Below, piece after piece: positions 34,901 through 49,289 of a stretch of DNA of 64,000 bases (position 1 is its first letter; every line of letters starts with the position of its first letter). This stretch comes from Azolla caroliniana. Its lineage: Eukaryota; Plantae; Polypodiophyta. The position numbers and the translations under genes are program-made. The stretch is taken from positions 6,076,001 through 6,140,000 of the forward strand of contig JBHGNT010000004.1 of NCBI GenBank assembly GCA_043228905.1, in the 5' to 3' direction. The notes beneath the pieces are model-generated. The model saw only the letters and a program-made list of their open reading frames with translations, did not search any database and was not told the origin of the DNA.

Positions 34901-36483
34901 AACATCAACTTGATTCAAAATTGGGTAGAGAGAGAGAGAGAGTGTGTGTGTGTGTGTCCAACCATCCAGTCCAATTTTCCGTCCATATTTTTGGTTTGTT
35001 GGGAGAGTTTGGCTCAAATTGATCACAATAAAATCCATTGCATGTGTTAATCTGCAAGCCAATACATATTGATGGAGAGGTAACAATTTTTTTAATGTTT
35101 TCACCTAGATAGAACACAATCTTTTTCTTAAGATGATTCAAAAAAGTGTAGTGCGAGACTTACAACTATATCAGGAGCATCACTTTGTTGACACATAACC
35201 CATGGTACCCCTGTGTCAAGGCTCACTGCCATTTTCGCAGCCCATTGCATGTATCTCTTGCCAGCCTTACCGTATGGCTTATCAATATTTCCATACTCAT
35301 TCTCAATCTGTTGAATATAGATCATGGTTCTTTCAGATGCTGATAAAACATCATGGAATAAACCATGGGTGGCATTAATTCAAGACTAGTAAGAGAGTTG
35401 CTATAATTTATCTAAAAGATATCAATCATTAAACTAGTTGCTATTTGTCTATAATTCAATATATCTCGTAAGAAGATATGAAGCATCACCTGAGCTAGAA
35501 TCACTGGACCACCTTGCCAATAAAATAGCTTTTCAGATTTTAGCAAGTTCACTATCTTGGTTGTAATCCTCTCCATTTCATACTAGCGTGAACAAATGAA
35601 TATGCCATGTATAAGTTTTTTGTACTTATCATATCATGTGTATAATTAGTCAAAACACCTCGTTTTAAGCTAACCTTAAATATAGGATTATCGGTCCTCA
35701 ATTGTATCCCCGGAATGAAGTGAAGCCATACTGGAAAACCACTACAAAGTTTGAAATCCAGCAAAGTTAGGCATTAAGCTTATAAATGAATGAGAGTGGG
35801 AGATTGCTTGTAGTGAGCATATATGTGCCAAATGCTACTTAGAATAAATGCACATTAGAAGTGTTGCCAAATCTTTGTTTCATTTAGATGGTCAAATAAC
35901 ATGTTCGTGTTATCAATGCAAGATACTAAATGTACATTATCCACCTAAGAAGAATATTATCTTACCCATAATTCCACTCGGCACAAGCGTATGGTCCGAT
36001 TCGAAGATGGAAATATAGGCCGGCATTTTGTGCTTCCTTGATGAAACGCACGAGATCAAGGTTCCCTTCAAAATTGAACTATACAACCAATCAAAACACA
36101 ATGTCATGAGACATTACATAGATTACAAAAGAATATAAAACCAGAATCAAATTGGAAGACAAGAACGATAAGAGATCATATCATAAAGAAATATCAACGA
36201 AAACCAAGCAAGAATGAGCAAATATGAAATGGCTTGCAAGAAAAAAAGAAGGTGAGGTGAATTCAAGCTCATGGAAGGGAAAGGAGAGAAACAAAGATGA
36301 ATCACAGAGTGTATGATAAGGAGACGAATTTGAAGCAAGAAAGATGGATGGCACAAGTCAAGAATACGAAAGAAAAAGGTGGTAGAATTTGGAACACCGA
36401 ACGCGAAAGACGATACGAATCGAGAAACATGTCCAAGAGGCAAGATGGTATAAAATTGGAGCACAAAATTAAGAGGAAGAGAT

Positions 36484-36521
<38 letters not shown>

Positions 36522-37364
36522 TTTGAGCACAAAAAGAAGGGAGAAGAAAAGAAAGAGACGGATTTCCAAGCTCGAATACATGGGAGGGATAAGAAATCCG
36601 ATTCGGGAAAGAAAGAGAAAGACTTGAGGGTTTAAGGGTTTAAGGGATTGGGTTAGTTCGGTAGTGAGACCTGTCCCTTGCTAGGCTCGTGCATACCCCA
36701 GAACATGTATGATTCGATCACGTCAACACCCCCAAGCTTCGCCTTCGCCATGAGGTCCCCCCACATCTAAGTACACCAAGGAACAAAACCAACAAGTGTG
36801 AGCTAATTTTACACACTAGGAGAAGATCAAAAGATTCAACATATATGATTGTATGAATGATGGATATGGTAGGCTTCTAGATGGTTGATGAAAGCTTAGT
36901 TAAAGATTGATTAAAGATTGATTAAAGATTGATTAAAGATTGATTAAGAATTGATTAAAGATTGATTTAAGATTGATTAAAGATTGATTAAAGCTTGATT
37001 AAAGATTGATAAAAGCTTGAGAAAATCAGAGACTAGTAATAGTTGTAGTAAATTAGTAATAGTAGTAGAAGAAGAAGAAGAAGAAGAAAGAATCCATGGA
37101 AACCTCGGGTGTGCTCCTTGGGTAATGTATTGACGCAGAGATGAGCAGCTTCCTCTGCCCATCGATGACAATGGCTCGCTCATCGTATGTCACGTTCCTG
37201 TCAGTTGATCGCTCTGCATACTTCGGCGCAGAAGAAGCTCCGACATGAAGGTGAAGGTGGAGGTGGAGGTGAAGAAGATGGAAGAGAGGAGGCATTAGGA
37301 GTAGAAGGAGATGAAGATGTCGCAGTGCCGAAGGCATCCTTGCAGCAGCAGCAGCAGCAGCCAT
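31908..37364 (-). CDS. BGAL: Beta-galactosidase, GH35, with signal peptide and C-terminal galactose-binding lectin domain (18 exons)
   Basis: [13 protein letters not shown]...[61 protein letters not shown]; all introns I traced are GT-AG. Confidence 0.95.
36897..37012. repeat. 11-bp minisatellite (TTAAAGATTGA)n in BGAL intron 1
   Basis: About ten near-perfect units. Confidence 0.9.
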
Positions 37365-38080
37365 AGCTTTGCGACTGCGCAGGAGAAGCTCAAGAGATCG
37401 AAGCAGAAGAAGACTATCTTTTGGTTAGAATCAAGGGCCTTGCTATTCTCCCGTCCTTTTCTGTGGCGATTTGGTTCTTTGTCTTCTCCTTCTTCCTTCT
37501 TCTGCGTGATTATCAGAGTGCAGAGCACAGATATGAATTAGGAGCTTGATCAATCTGCATCTAAATATATGCATGGGAAATCCTCTCCCTCCCCCTTCCT
37601 TCCTTTTCCTTTCCTTTTCCTTTTTTCCTTTTTTTCCTTTTCTGTGATTTTGTCTCTCTTATCTGCGTGTTATCTCAGAGTCTTTTTACAAGAGTCTCTC
37701 TATCTTTAGGCATTGGCCACAGAAGCGCTAGCTATGGCTTTTCCTGTTTTCCACTTTTCCTGTTTTGATATGTACTGCAGATTTGAAGATAAGATAAGGT
37801 CACTCTAAATTTATCGCCTCTGACGAGGACGGCGACCGGATCCATCGCTGTCTCTGTTCTTTCTTTTCTTCTGCTTTTCCCTCCCATCCTAATAAACACC
37901 AGTAAGGTTTCCATGGCCGACCTTTCTCTGCATCAGGAGGAGAATGGACTGTTCATCCTCCATGGACCATACAGCAAACAACCTTATCCCCCAAATATGT
38001 GGTCATGAGCAAACCTCATCTCAGAAACATGTGGTGATTGATGATGATGTGCAGAAGAGCTTTCATGGAAGATCACATGT

Positions 38081-38275
38081 CACCATCACCATCACCATCA
38101 CCATCACCACATCACCATCACCACATCACCATCACCATCACCATCACCATCACCATCACCATCACCATCACCATCACCATCACCATCACCATCACCATCA
38201 CCATCACCATCACCATCACCATCACCATCACCACATCACCATCACCATCACCATCACCATCACCACATCACCATC
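38081..38275. repeat. (CACCAT)n hexanucleotide microsatellite
   Basis: Long CACCAT run with a few CACAT slips. Confidence 0.95.
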
Positions 38276-40854
38276 ATCCCGGCCCGCCCCACCCCCGCCA
38301 TTGCCGATGCAGCCGATGCAGACGGCAAGACCATGACTGCCGCCCTTGCCCCCCATCCCTCCATCGCCATTACTGAATAAGTTCAAACATATGCATACAT
38401 ATATCCTGTGGATATGGTTTCCTTGTGTGTAAGTCAAGTCCAGTCAATGTGTGAGTCAGACAGAACTGTGCAGAGAGTAGTCCACATTATCTAAGCTGTC
38501 AATGTGGTGGTGCAAATGATTGATCCATCACAAATATTAATTAGGTCAATCAAAGTCAAAGTCAAAACTAAATCACTAAATGTTTCGGGAAAATTGAGGT
38601 CATAGCAATCAAATGTTGTAAATAAAAGAGTTGACATTGTAACTAATGTCAACCAATTAAAATTATTGGAAGGAAAAGAAAACGTATGCATACATACATA
38701 TATCATATACATATAGATAGTTGGGTAGATGTATATATGTAGTATATATGTATATATAGAAGACAAAGAGTAGGTTCTTGTGTACTTGAATTAAGTTAGG
38801 AAATGTATTGTTGTGAAGGATGACCTAGATGATGTGTGTATCAAGAAGGAAAATGGGCCGAATGTGCCTCATCATCGACCGGAAAACACTGAAAGGCATG
38901 CTTTCTTTCTTTCGGAAATTTCGGAAACTTTGAACCGCGCGAAAACATGACCATTTATGGGTAGACATAATTATACGTCCAGACATGTGACGTGACGAAG
39001 ACAATCAACAATGATCACGTCTCTAAGTTTCTTTTCCCGATCACACAAAACATAAAGGCACTGTCAACAAGGGTACTTACTCTCTTAACTTGAAATTGAC
39101 TCTGCCACTCTATTTTTGTAATGTTGACCCTAATTAGAAGGTTAATAGTATGCTTAAATCTTAACCTTTTTAGTGATTAGATGTGTCCCACATTGACTCG
39201 CCCAGTACCTAGGTCCTAGAACATTTTGAAAATAAGCAACCACGTAATTTTGTATTCCTAATGGATATAGAAATATTTTTTGCCTTTGTAAAAGCTTTCC
39301 AAAATTAGGTGTTCAGTTCCCCTAAACATGAAGATATCCCATGTATTAGGCTAAAATAGTGTCACTTATGGTTTGGTGTGAATGTCAGCTCTAAAGTTTT
39401 CTCTTTTAACATTAGGTTTCAACATCATTCTTTACATCCAACATATCTATGGATATTAGGGATGATATCTACCTTCTAGGAACCCAGTGGAACTCTCACA
39501 TCCATCCGAGGAACTCTCCTTACAATTTCGAACATAAGGTCAGAGATGATATTTGAAAAATAAATTAAACGAGAATGCAAAGATAAATAAAGTGAATCCA
39601 AGCCTAATTGGATGAGGTCTAAGCTTGTAATATTATTACCCAAATGCAAACCATTGTAAATTCGAATGAGGTTCCTCTAATGATTTGAGTCAATGATTAT
39701 TGGTGTAGGTCAATTATTGGAACCTTGATTTGAAAAGCACGTAAATAATTAACATCTCTATGTAATTTATAGGTAAAGAAACATATGTGCATAGTATATG
39801 GGTATATCTACATCTATATACCCATATAGGGTAGTGCTTTAAATCTTTGCACACTCTTCCTTCCAAGCACTCTCGAAGATCAACAGAACATTGACACTTC
39901 TTTTCTCAAACTTAATTATCTTGGTCAAAGGATAAGGCATATAGGAAAAATGCTTGGAGTTCATGTTTAATATGTCAAAAATAACATAGTGATAGGATTG
40001 ATTGTTTGATAACCTAATCGATTGATATGTGTTCAACTGCATTTTATCAACACTGTATTCATAGTTCATATGCGAGGAAACCTATTACAACTAACATTCA
40101 TTGCCTTCTCACTTGCCAAGTTTTGAATATTATTCTTTGAGTGGTTTCATTTGTGGGACATGTGATGGCTTTCAATGTTACATGGGAGACATGTGTGATG
40201 TTACATATCAATATCGTCAACAAACCAATAATGATGTACTTGGACATGTTGGTTGTGTTAATGAAGCTAAACATATTCGTTGAAGTTACAAGGAAGTTGA
40301 CAAGAAGTAGTTTATGCCAACATAGCTCAAGGTTCCTTCGCCAACGAGGAATCCTCAAACCCACATCTTGGTTACATGGAGGTACCTTGACAAATAGGAT
40401 AGATCCCAAACACTTTTTGTGATGGATAATATGTATCTAGTGGTATTGGGTATATTCATAATGGTTGGTACTCACTTTATATAACCAACTATGACATTCA
40501 AGGATTTATTCTGTCAATGTTCATGTATCTAGTTCCTTGGTTATTTGTTTGGTAGTTGATCACCCATAATTTCACATGGACATTTATCCAAAACATCTTG
40601 AGACATTCAATAGTTGAAAAAGAAAATCGTGGGCGTTAATCATTCCTCGAAAATTGGACATGCCTCTCGAAGGAAATTCTACCAAATCATCAAACTATGT
40701 AAATAGCCATATTTTCTATATTGGAGTTGCTAACATTGGTGCATTTGTTCAATTTTGGATTGATTAAGTGATTTTTTTGTATAGTGCCTACGTGACAATT
40801 ATATAGTAGTGTACTATAAGGTCACGAGTTCAATTCCTATTTGAGGCCATATCA

Positions 40855-41180
40855 TGACAGGTACGACTAGTTCCAACTAGCGGCGGAAAGTAATGATATT
40901 ACGACAATGTGAACCCCTATCGGCCTAGTGAGGATGTGTACCTTGCCACAAGGCACCACGAACTATGTAGTTCACATGGTGAATGCCATGAACAAGGTAC
41001 TAAAAGATTGCATCCCAAAAATCATCATGCCATTCCTCAACGACATCCCAATAGAAGGGTGCTTGGAAGCAAAAAAAGACAAAACCTTGGACAAGGATGA
41101 GTGTAGGTGCTTTGTAGAAGATCACATCCCTAGTTGTGCGAAGGTTCTTCAAAGACTAGAAGATGCGCGCTTAACCTTCC
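40855..41180 (+). pseudogene. Isolated decayed RT fragment of the same Gypsy family as 1-3030
   Basis: MCTLPQGTTNYVVHMVNAMNKVLKDCIP...KVLQRLEDARLTF is nearly collinear with positions ~530-850. Confidence 0.85.
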
Positions 41181-44100
41181 TATACTTGAGTTTCTTGTAG
41201 TTAATATAAGTTAGTAATCAAAAGAAGTTTCTCTAATATGGTTGACACATCTTTCACATTGACGTCATAATTGCCCAACACATCAATGGCATTTGATAAA
41301 CCTCAACAAGTACAACATGATGTTTAGAGATGAATTACTTCTACGCTTTTTGTATAACGGTTTTGGTAACCATTGGGTGAAATAGTCAAATGATTATAAT
41401 TTCCAAAGACAATGCATAAGGGTTTATTTTACTATGATGGAAATAACAAAGGCTATGACAAAATTTGAGTGTTGTTACATAGCATTACTACAATATTACT
41501 TCTAAATGTTGGTAGGGAAGTGTTTGTTGTTCAATAGAAACAAAGAAAATGGAAAGGTAGAGTGGCACACATACCCAACCACCAATAATCAGAGAGGTGA
41601 GGATTTTATTATTGACTTCAAAGGTCAAATATGAACTATGAGATGAAAAAGATAATGTATTTACATAATAAATGTGAAGTCAGTAATGACTCTAGATTTC
41701 GAGAACTTTACTAATGAACGTTGCAATTGTGAATGCACACTAATTGTGAGTGAAATTTGCACAAGAGATTGGGTCCAGTTGAATATTTGTGGAAAGCAAA
41801 GTCAAATGTGATTAAAGGTACTCTATTGAAGTGTGATATTCAAATTCCTAAACTTATTTAATGGAAAATTTGCATAATCGACTAGACTCATCACCAATGC
41901 CCCACCACTCCATCTTACATCGAAGAGAATGTGAATTAGGGTGAATGGAAATAATGGTTCGGATGGCAAGCAATAGGATGGGTTCTTATATCATATATGT
42001 ATTGACGTGTGCAATTTCCTATCCGGTGAATATATGATTTTATAGTTAGGTACAACATATGTAGTATAATTTGTAAAGTGTGAGCCTCTACATTTTCCCC
42101 ATGTTGTGATACATTGGCATTTTGAGAAGGCCTCATTCATAGAGGAATCTATTTGTGCATCCCTTCCTCTAAACCATCTAACCTATACAAATAAAGTGTT
42201 CTATTATTTGTATACCCAAAGTGTTAGACACATTTCCAAGCTCGACCCAAAAGCCTCAAGAGATTTAAATTTTGTTAAGTTGCAGTTTTGCAATTCAATT
42301 TCGATTTCGGTGCAAACCAAATTATTGAGACTTTACTCTCAATTTGTCAAAGATATCTTTTTTATAAATTAACACTTAAATCATATTATCTAACCAATCT
42401 TTTAAAATTTTGATTAAGAAATGAATTAGATACTTTATATTGACAAAACAGTTAATTTATCAAATGATTTAAAGTTTAGAACACTAATCAAATATGGAGC
42501 ATAAAAAACTTTTTAATTCATCCAAACTTGAAGATTTCGGAAAATACAAAAAAATCATGTGATAAACATGAATGAATATGAGAATATGCATCGACAATGT
42601 TTAAACCCAAAACCCTAAATTGAGAAAAGAGACAATATTGAACCTCAAATGTTATAACTTATTATACTAATAGGCTATAGCATTTTAAGTTCTTAACTAG
42701 GCAGAAGCATTGTCAAAAATTTACTCAAGCTCAAGATAGCGAATCAAGAGGGAGTTCAAGACCGACGACAACAAATGGTAATGAAGCCATCACTCAAGGG
42801 TATACCAAACATGAGGATCTCCTCCTAAAGATTTTTCATATTCACATAAACTTCAATTTACCTACTTATTGCCATATAAGCCACTCCATGTAACATTGTT
42901 GAGGATATTAAAATAACATGTAATATGTTATTTTTAATATCCATATAAAATTATTTAGGGTGATTCTACTATGTGTTTTAAATCGTGATCGACCAAGGAT
43001 CACGCTGGATTTTTATGTTCAGATATCCAAGCATGGAGTGTAAAGAAACGAGAAACTTACCCAAAATTGATGGAGAAACTAGATCCTAGAATTTCATACC
43101 AGAGGGTTAATAGTGTTGACACGAAGTGTTCACCGTGAGGGTCAAACCGAGTTTTTTGAAACACAAATCTGAGCTCTAAATGAAAGGTTATGAAGAAACA
43201 AATTTGCCAAACAATGGGAATCGAATGCACCACGCCAAGGGAAGCCGTGTCCATCCACCAAATGACGTCTGATAAGAAGGGACATATTTGTACTTTTAAG
43301 GAAATGTAATTCCGTGAGTGTTATGTCAACATCGATGAAATATCCTTGAGTGCCATGTCAACATCAAGGAAATTTCCTCAATGCCATGTGTAATAGCATC
43401 AGGCCTAGAAGAAAACTCAAGGGTTGTGACTCGAGCTCATCAAGCCCGCAATTGTTGTAGTAGACATTGTATCTGTCTCTTGCACAATCATTGGCACTTC
43501 CATTCGTTGACTGTTGTCATCAATGTCGTTGCCACATTAGTCGTTACATTGATTGTCACGTGTCAAGTGCCACATTGCTACTAGATTAGTTATCATTACA
43601 CTTTCGTAGCGACAACAATTGCCACGTCATCTTCACTCCATCCTTCCTTTAACCTTACCTTACAATTCAAGCAATAAAAACAACTCTTCCTCTAAACTCT
43701 TTGGGACTTGCCTTCCCAAAATACACTTCAATTACCAACAAAATACATTTACATATCTATTCCTACCTACACACACATGTTCATATAGACACACATACAT
43801 ACTCACATATTTATAAACATATACTTCACACATAAAAAATAAACACATACAAATGAATCAATACATAAGCACATATATGCACACTCGTGCACTCACATAC
43901 ACAAAAGGTTTCGTTCTATTGAGAATTCTAAGGGAAAGGTTAATTTAATTGCCTACAAAAAACTAAATGTGGAAATCTATAATTATGAGCACTTAGACAT
44001 CAACGATGAAACCCATCCTCTCTAGTTCAAGTCCCCACTATTTTGATTCAACCAATTCCTTGATTTGGTTACTTACAATAATCTACACTTAGAAATAATT

Positions 44101-45867
44101 GGTGCATGTTGGCTTGAGTAGGCAATTCGAGATGAAAACTTGATAAATCTCCCTATCAAACAATTCAAGGTGGCATGTTGATTAATCTCCTCATCCAAAC
44201 CAAACAAATGATTGAGTAGCTTAAGGTATCATTTTATCAAATCAACACAATTTAATGTTAAGGCAAAGAAAACTCTTCACCCCATAATATATAGTAGTCG
44301 AGGCTAAGAAAACTTGTTAGCTTTGAATTATTCTATTGCATACATTAAGGTCATTATCAAGTATCTTTAGGAAACCTAGAGCTTTTGTTTTTTAGAGGAA
44401 TTATTCCATTGCATTGAGGTTGTTGACAACTGATTGATTCTCTCATGTCATGCAAATCGAATCTCTACTTGACAAACAAATTTAATATATACATACACAA
44501 CTTTTTTTCTTTTTTTCCAAAAACATCTACTTCCATTAGTTAAGAATGTACAAAGGAATCATTTACAACTCATATCTTACAAGACATCTTGCATGTCAAA
44601 GGAAAACAATGTGTAGATGAAACAACATAAAAAAACAACTCCAAAACACCACATCATTCTATGTGTATAGCATTACTCGAACACATATTCTCCACGTGAG
44701 CCTCATACAAAACAGAATTCAGCATAGATGTCCTCCATTCGCTCCTCATGGCAGCACCCATCTAGATGTTAGGAACACTTGGAGGGAACAGCCACATACA
44801 CAACTTTTAATCAATATGTGAGCACAACTTTTAATCAATATGTGAGCATCATAGAAGAACTAAACCATATCAAGAAATGATAAAAACACTACCCACAATA
44901 CTAAAGCATTATGCATCTTTATGAATACGAAGGATAATTTGCTTAAGCATGTCAAAAAATGATGATGAGCATCTCTACAAGCATTAACCATATTACTCGA
45001 GCATTATGCATTTGCTCTTATCACAAACAAGGAACTGGCAATGGGAATTTCTATAGCTTAATCAGAATTGAATCCTACTTCCAAGATACCTACCCCCTTC
45101 TAAGTCGCATGTGTGTGAAATCCACATCAACAAATATAGCATTCAAATCAAAACATATTCACTTTGTACGAATACAAGCTAGATGTTAAATAATATCACA
45201 AGAGAGCTTCACTGCTTCATATAATGGAAGAAGATAATTAATTCAGGCACTACAGTTGCTTAGATTGACCAAGAAATGATAGCCAATGTCGTATTAAAGA
45301 CAGTACGCAAGTAACACATTTTTTGTTGCGGTTTAGCATTACTGCTACTTTGTTTCCCTTGATATGGAGTTGTCATGTACTTTTTTTTCGTCTAGTGGGT
45401 TCCGCTGATTTTGGCCGAGACCAATAACAGCAAAACCTTCCCCACAGATTTGGAAAATGGTGATATCGAATGATACACTTGAGAGAGACAAATACAGGTT
45501 TAAAGTGAAGGCACAAGACTGGTCTAACAAAATTACAGTATATCGATATCGAAGCTTTTACAAGTGATGGCAGTAGGGACCAAAAAAATCCCTGCCCATG
45601 CATCATTTGCTGATGATGGACTGTCTTTGGAGAAGGAGGATGTATCATGTATGTCTACATAGCACAAATATTGCCAGCAGTCAAGTTATATCAACTTATA
45701 TATTTAACCACTATATTCTCAAATTATTTAAATGCAACTCCCAGGCTGAAACCTTGTGACTGATAGTACATAAAGAGGTTTAATGTACAAATATACACAA
45801 AGGATGTGTCATCTTGGATTATGATCTTACTGTACCATTTCACATCCATAATTTACACTCTCACGCT

Positions 45868-48379
45868 TCAATTTATTAAAATATAACCGCTTTTCAAAAG
45901 AGCCCTGAACCTTGAATCTCTAAAACTGGGTACGACAAGATATCATACGCTTTCCTTGTTGTCACCAGCATCTGCATGTAGCTTCATTGCTGCCAATAAC
46001 TTAGGCCATGTTTCTGGGATCCCGCCACTAACATCAAAATCTAACAATTTGTTTTGTGACCTATAATAATCCTCAACTGGCTTGCACTATAAAACCAACA
46101 ATGTTAGACGGTATGAGATTGCCTGCAACTTGCTAGTGCAATTGTCACATGTGAATGTGGTGCTAATAAGATTTTCACATGTGTAAGTGTTGCCACGATC
46201 GACGTGTGTGCAGGGTGCTAATCAGATTTTCACAGCTGGCTAATCAGATTGCATACACAGTTATGTTGCAGATGAGATTTTCACAAGTGTATCTGGTGTA
46301 AACATTGCTAATTAGATTCATACGTGTGTGTCGCTAATTAGTCTCTGCATACCTAGTCAGGTACATTCACCTCCCTTGCAGAATCTTAAAATGTTATCCT
46401 AATCAGCAGTTATGTCTGAGAAATCATAGTAATGAACTGTGTCCAAACAAAATTAATGGAAAACATGAAAACAATACTAGCTTTTTATGCATCTACGATA
46501 ATACCCTTCTGCAGTAGTACTACCATCAGAGGAATATTGATCCATAGATTTATTTTTTCTTGTAAATACTAAACAGAAGTTAGTGGTGTTTTGGTGTTTT
46601 CTAAAACTGTGGGATATTCTCCTAAATATCAAACAAAATTTAGGGCTGCTCCATTATTTTTCCCTGCATATCATGAAAGAAACTTACCTCTTGAGCATAA
46701 ATGCGAAGCCGTTCCCTAATGACATCCTCTGTATCATCTTCTCGGATTGTAAGCTTTGTTTGGCATGCAGGGGGAGGTAACAAGGCTGGCATTAAAATCC
46801 TTGGACTTCCTTCCACACCTTTCACATCGATATCTGCAAGGTTATAGTTGTTGCCACATCCACTGCATATCCGACGCCCCAAACATTTCATGATCAACAC
46901 ATCCTCTCGCAATCGCAAGTTCAACACAAGGTTAATATCAGTAAGCTCATCCAACAACGCCTGCACAAGTCTCTCATACAAAAAACGAAGATTTGAAGAT
47001 AAGATTGAGGTCAAAACACTAATGAAATCTTTTGAAATGTTGAAGGGCTACATGAAATGAAGAGCTTGTACCCAAGTGAACTATTTTGAGTGGGATGAAT
47101 GTTATTCAAGATTTTTTAATCTTTTGTATACTTTTAACAATCAATAAAGACAGATGCTAACAAAAGTTGAAAGAGCGGCCCCAACTCACTAGACTTAAAA
47201 AGTTTCATAAGATCTAAATCCGTTAAATTGATTATACGTAGTGAGACTGAGTTTGTTTGTTGGTTTATTTTTAACCTGATTTTATGCAAAGTAAAGACGT
47301 TAAGGAGATTTAAAGCTTACAGCTTGACCACAAGTGCGGGGAAAACCATCCAAAATAAACCCTTTCTCTCCATTTTCTGATTCTTCAAGAAGCCTTTTGG
47401 ACAATAGATCAAATACAACATCATCTGAGACAAGCTTTCCTTGTTTCACTAAATTTCTGAGCTGAACCAATGAAGCAAAAAAGATGGTTATTGATACATT
47501 ATAGGACTTGCATTAAATAAGATTATAGAACTGCCACTATATGGAAAATATGAAAAGAAAACATGGTAAAACCATCATTGAACTACCATCTGATGAAAAT
47601 TATAACATGATCATAGGATTAGGGAATTGCTCTGAAACAAAGCATGGTACAAAACTTACATTACATGGTAAAAGCATTATAAATTGCTGTTACATGCAGA
47701 CAAAAAATTTATATTATATGAAGAAACGGGTAAAAGCAATATAGAGCTGTCATTACATGCAAACAAAAGCATGGCAAAAGCAAGCATCATAGAAAGTTGT
47801 CATTATATGATGCCAAAACAGCGTGAAATGCATTACATAATTGCCATTATATGAAATAACAACATTGTAAAAACATTATACAACTTCCATTATATGAAAA
47901 ACGAAACATGGTAAAAAAGCATTATATAACTGCCCTTCAAAAGATGGAAAAAACCAGAACAAGGATTATCATTACGGACAATCACATACCTTTTCTGCTT
48001 CTGGAGTGGATTTCGAGAGCTCTTCTCTCACGAGATCCCCTGTGGCAATGTGCGGGATGCGAAGATGCTTCGAAAGCATCTTCGCATATGTTCCTTTTCC
48101 TACACCAGGACATCCTAAAAAGACCAGTTTTGCACATCTCTGATTCTCCAAACCTTGAAGGTTCGAAGGATCCCTTGAAATCTTTTCTGCCGATGATGAT
48201 GATTCTGCACATCTCTGATTCTCCAAACCTTGAAGCTTTGATGGATCCCTTGAAATTTTTTCTGCTGCTGTGGATGACGACGACGAGGACAACGATGATG
48301 ATAGTGGCGACAATGTATGCAGTCCCTTCCAAGGATGCCATCTCAGAAGATTTTGGTTGTGAAACATCATCACTTTCAT
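45868..48379 (-). CDS. ADK: Adenylate kinase with organellar-type N-terminal extension; exons ~47990-48379, 47321-47461, 46689-46960, ~45868-46087 (3' end uncertain)
   Basis: VFLGCPGVGKGTYA P-loop, HIATGDLVR, GFILDGFPR, LID CLGRRICSGCG, GGIPETWPKLL. Confidence 0.92.
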
Positions 48380-48573
48380 GTTGTATGGAAAATGTTGAAA
48401 ATTCTGGGGCTTTGATCCGGTCTTGTGCAGAGTTATCACCAAGGAAATCCGATAAGAAGAAGAAGATTAAGAAACTGGGAGAATTACTCGAGCAATTAAC
48501 AAAGAGTTGCTTTCTATGAATATATGGCGTCTCTCAGAGAATCTATGCGTTTAATAGCAGAAAAACAACATCA

Positions 48574-48624
<51 letters not shown>

Positions 48625-48789
48625 CCTCTGAATGTCTCTGCACCTGTTTGTTTTTGTTTTTGTTTTTGTTTCGCTCTCGCGCGACAGAGAGAAGAAGGAA
48701 GGAAATGAAAACTAACGAAAAAACGAGAACATGAAAAATAAAAATTACAAACGCAGAGAAAGAAGTAAAACGAAACAAAGCGACGAAAG

Positions 48790-49138
48790 ATACGAATGAA
48801 GAAAAGCAATTCCCTGGGCTTTTGCTTTTGCTTTTGCTTTTGCTTTTCAAAGGCAGAGAATGAAGTTAAAAAATGGGGGGGGGAAAGATGAATGAAGAAA
48901 AGCAACTCCATTAGCTTTTGCTTTTGCTTTTCAAACGCAAAGAATGAAGTAAAAAGAAAAAAACAAAGGGACGATAAAAGATGAATGAAGAAAAGCAACT
49001 TGCTTTTGCTTTTGCTTTTGCTTTGGCTTTGGCTTTCGTAGAGAATGAATGAAGTAAAAAAAACAAGAGGGACGGAAAAAGATGAATGAAGAAAAGCAAC
49101 TCTCCGAGCTTTTTGCTTTTGATTTTGCTTTTGCTCTT
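48790..49138. repeat. Degenerate ~95-bp repeats upstream of ADK containing (GCTTTT)n
   Basis: GAATGAAGAAAAGCAA...GCTTTTGCTTTT repeated four times. Confidence 0.75.
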
Positions 49139-49289
49139 TGGAGTTAGCTCATCCCATCCCATATGGCCTCATGAAATTTAGCCACTCGCAAGGTGGAGGA
49201 AACCCCTCCCCCTGTTCAGAAATTGCTCCTGAATACACGAGAGAGGACTCACAATCTCTCTGTAAGCGATTTTTCTTTACTTGCGCCAT

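Noticed and set aside
48543-49162. ORFs with KSKSK/ERERER/AKAK runs
   Set aside because: Products of (CT)n and (GCTTTT)n microsatellites upstream of ADK.
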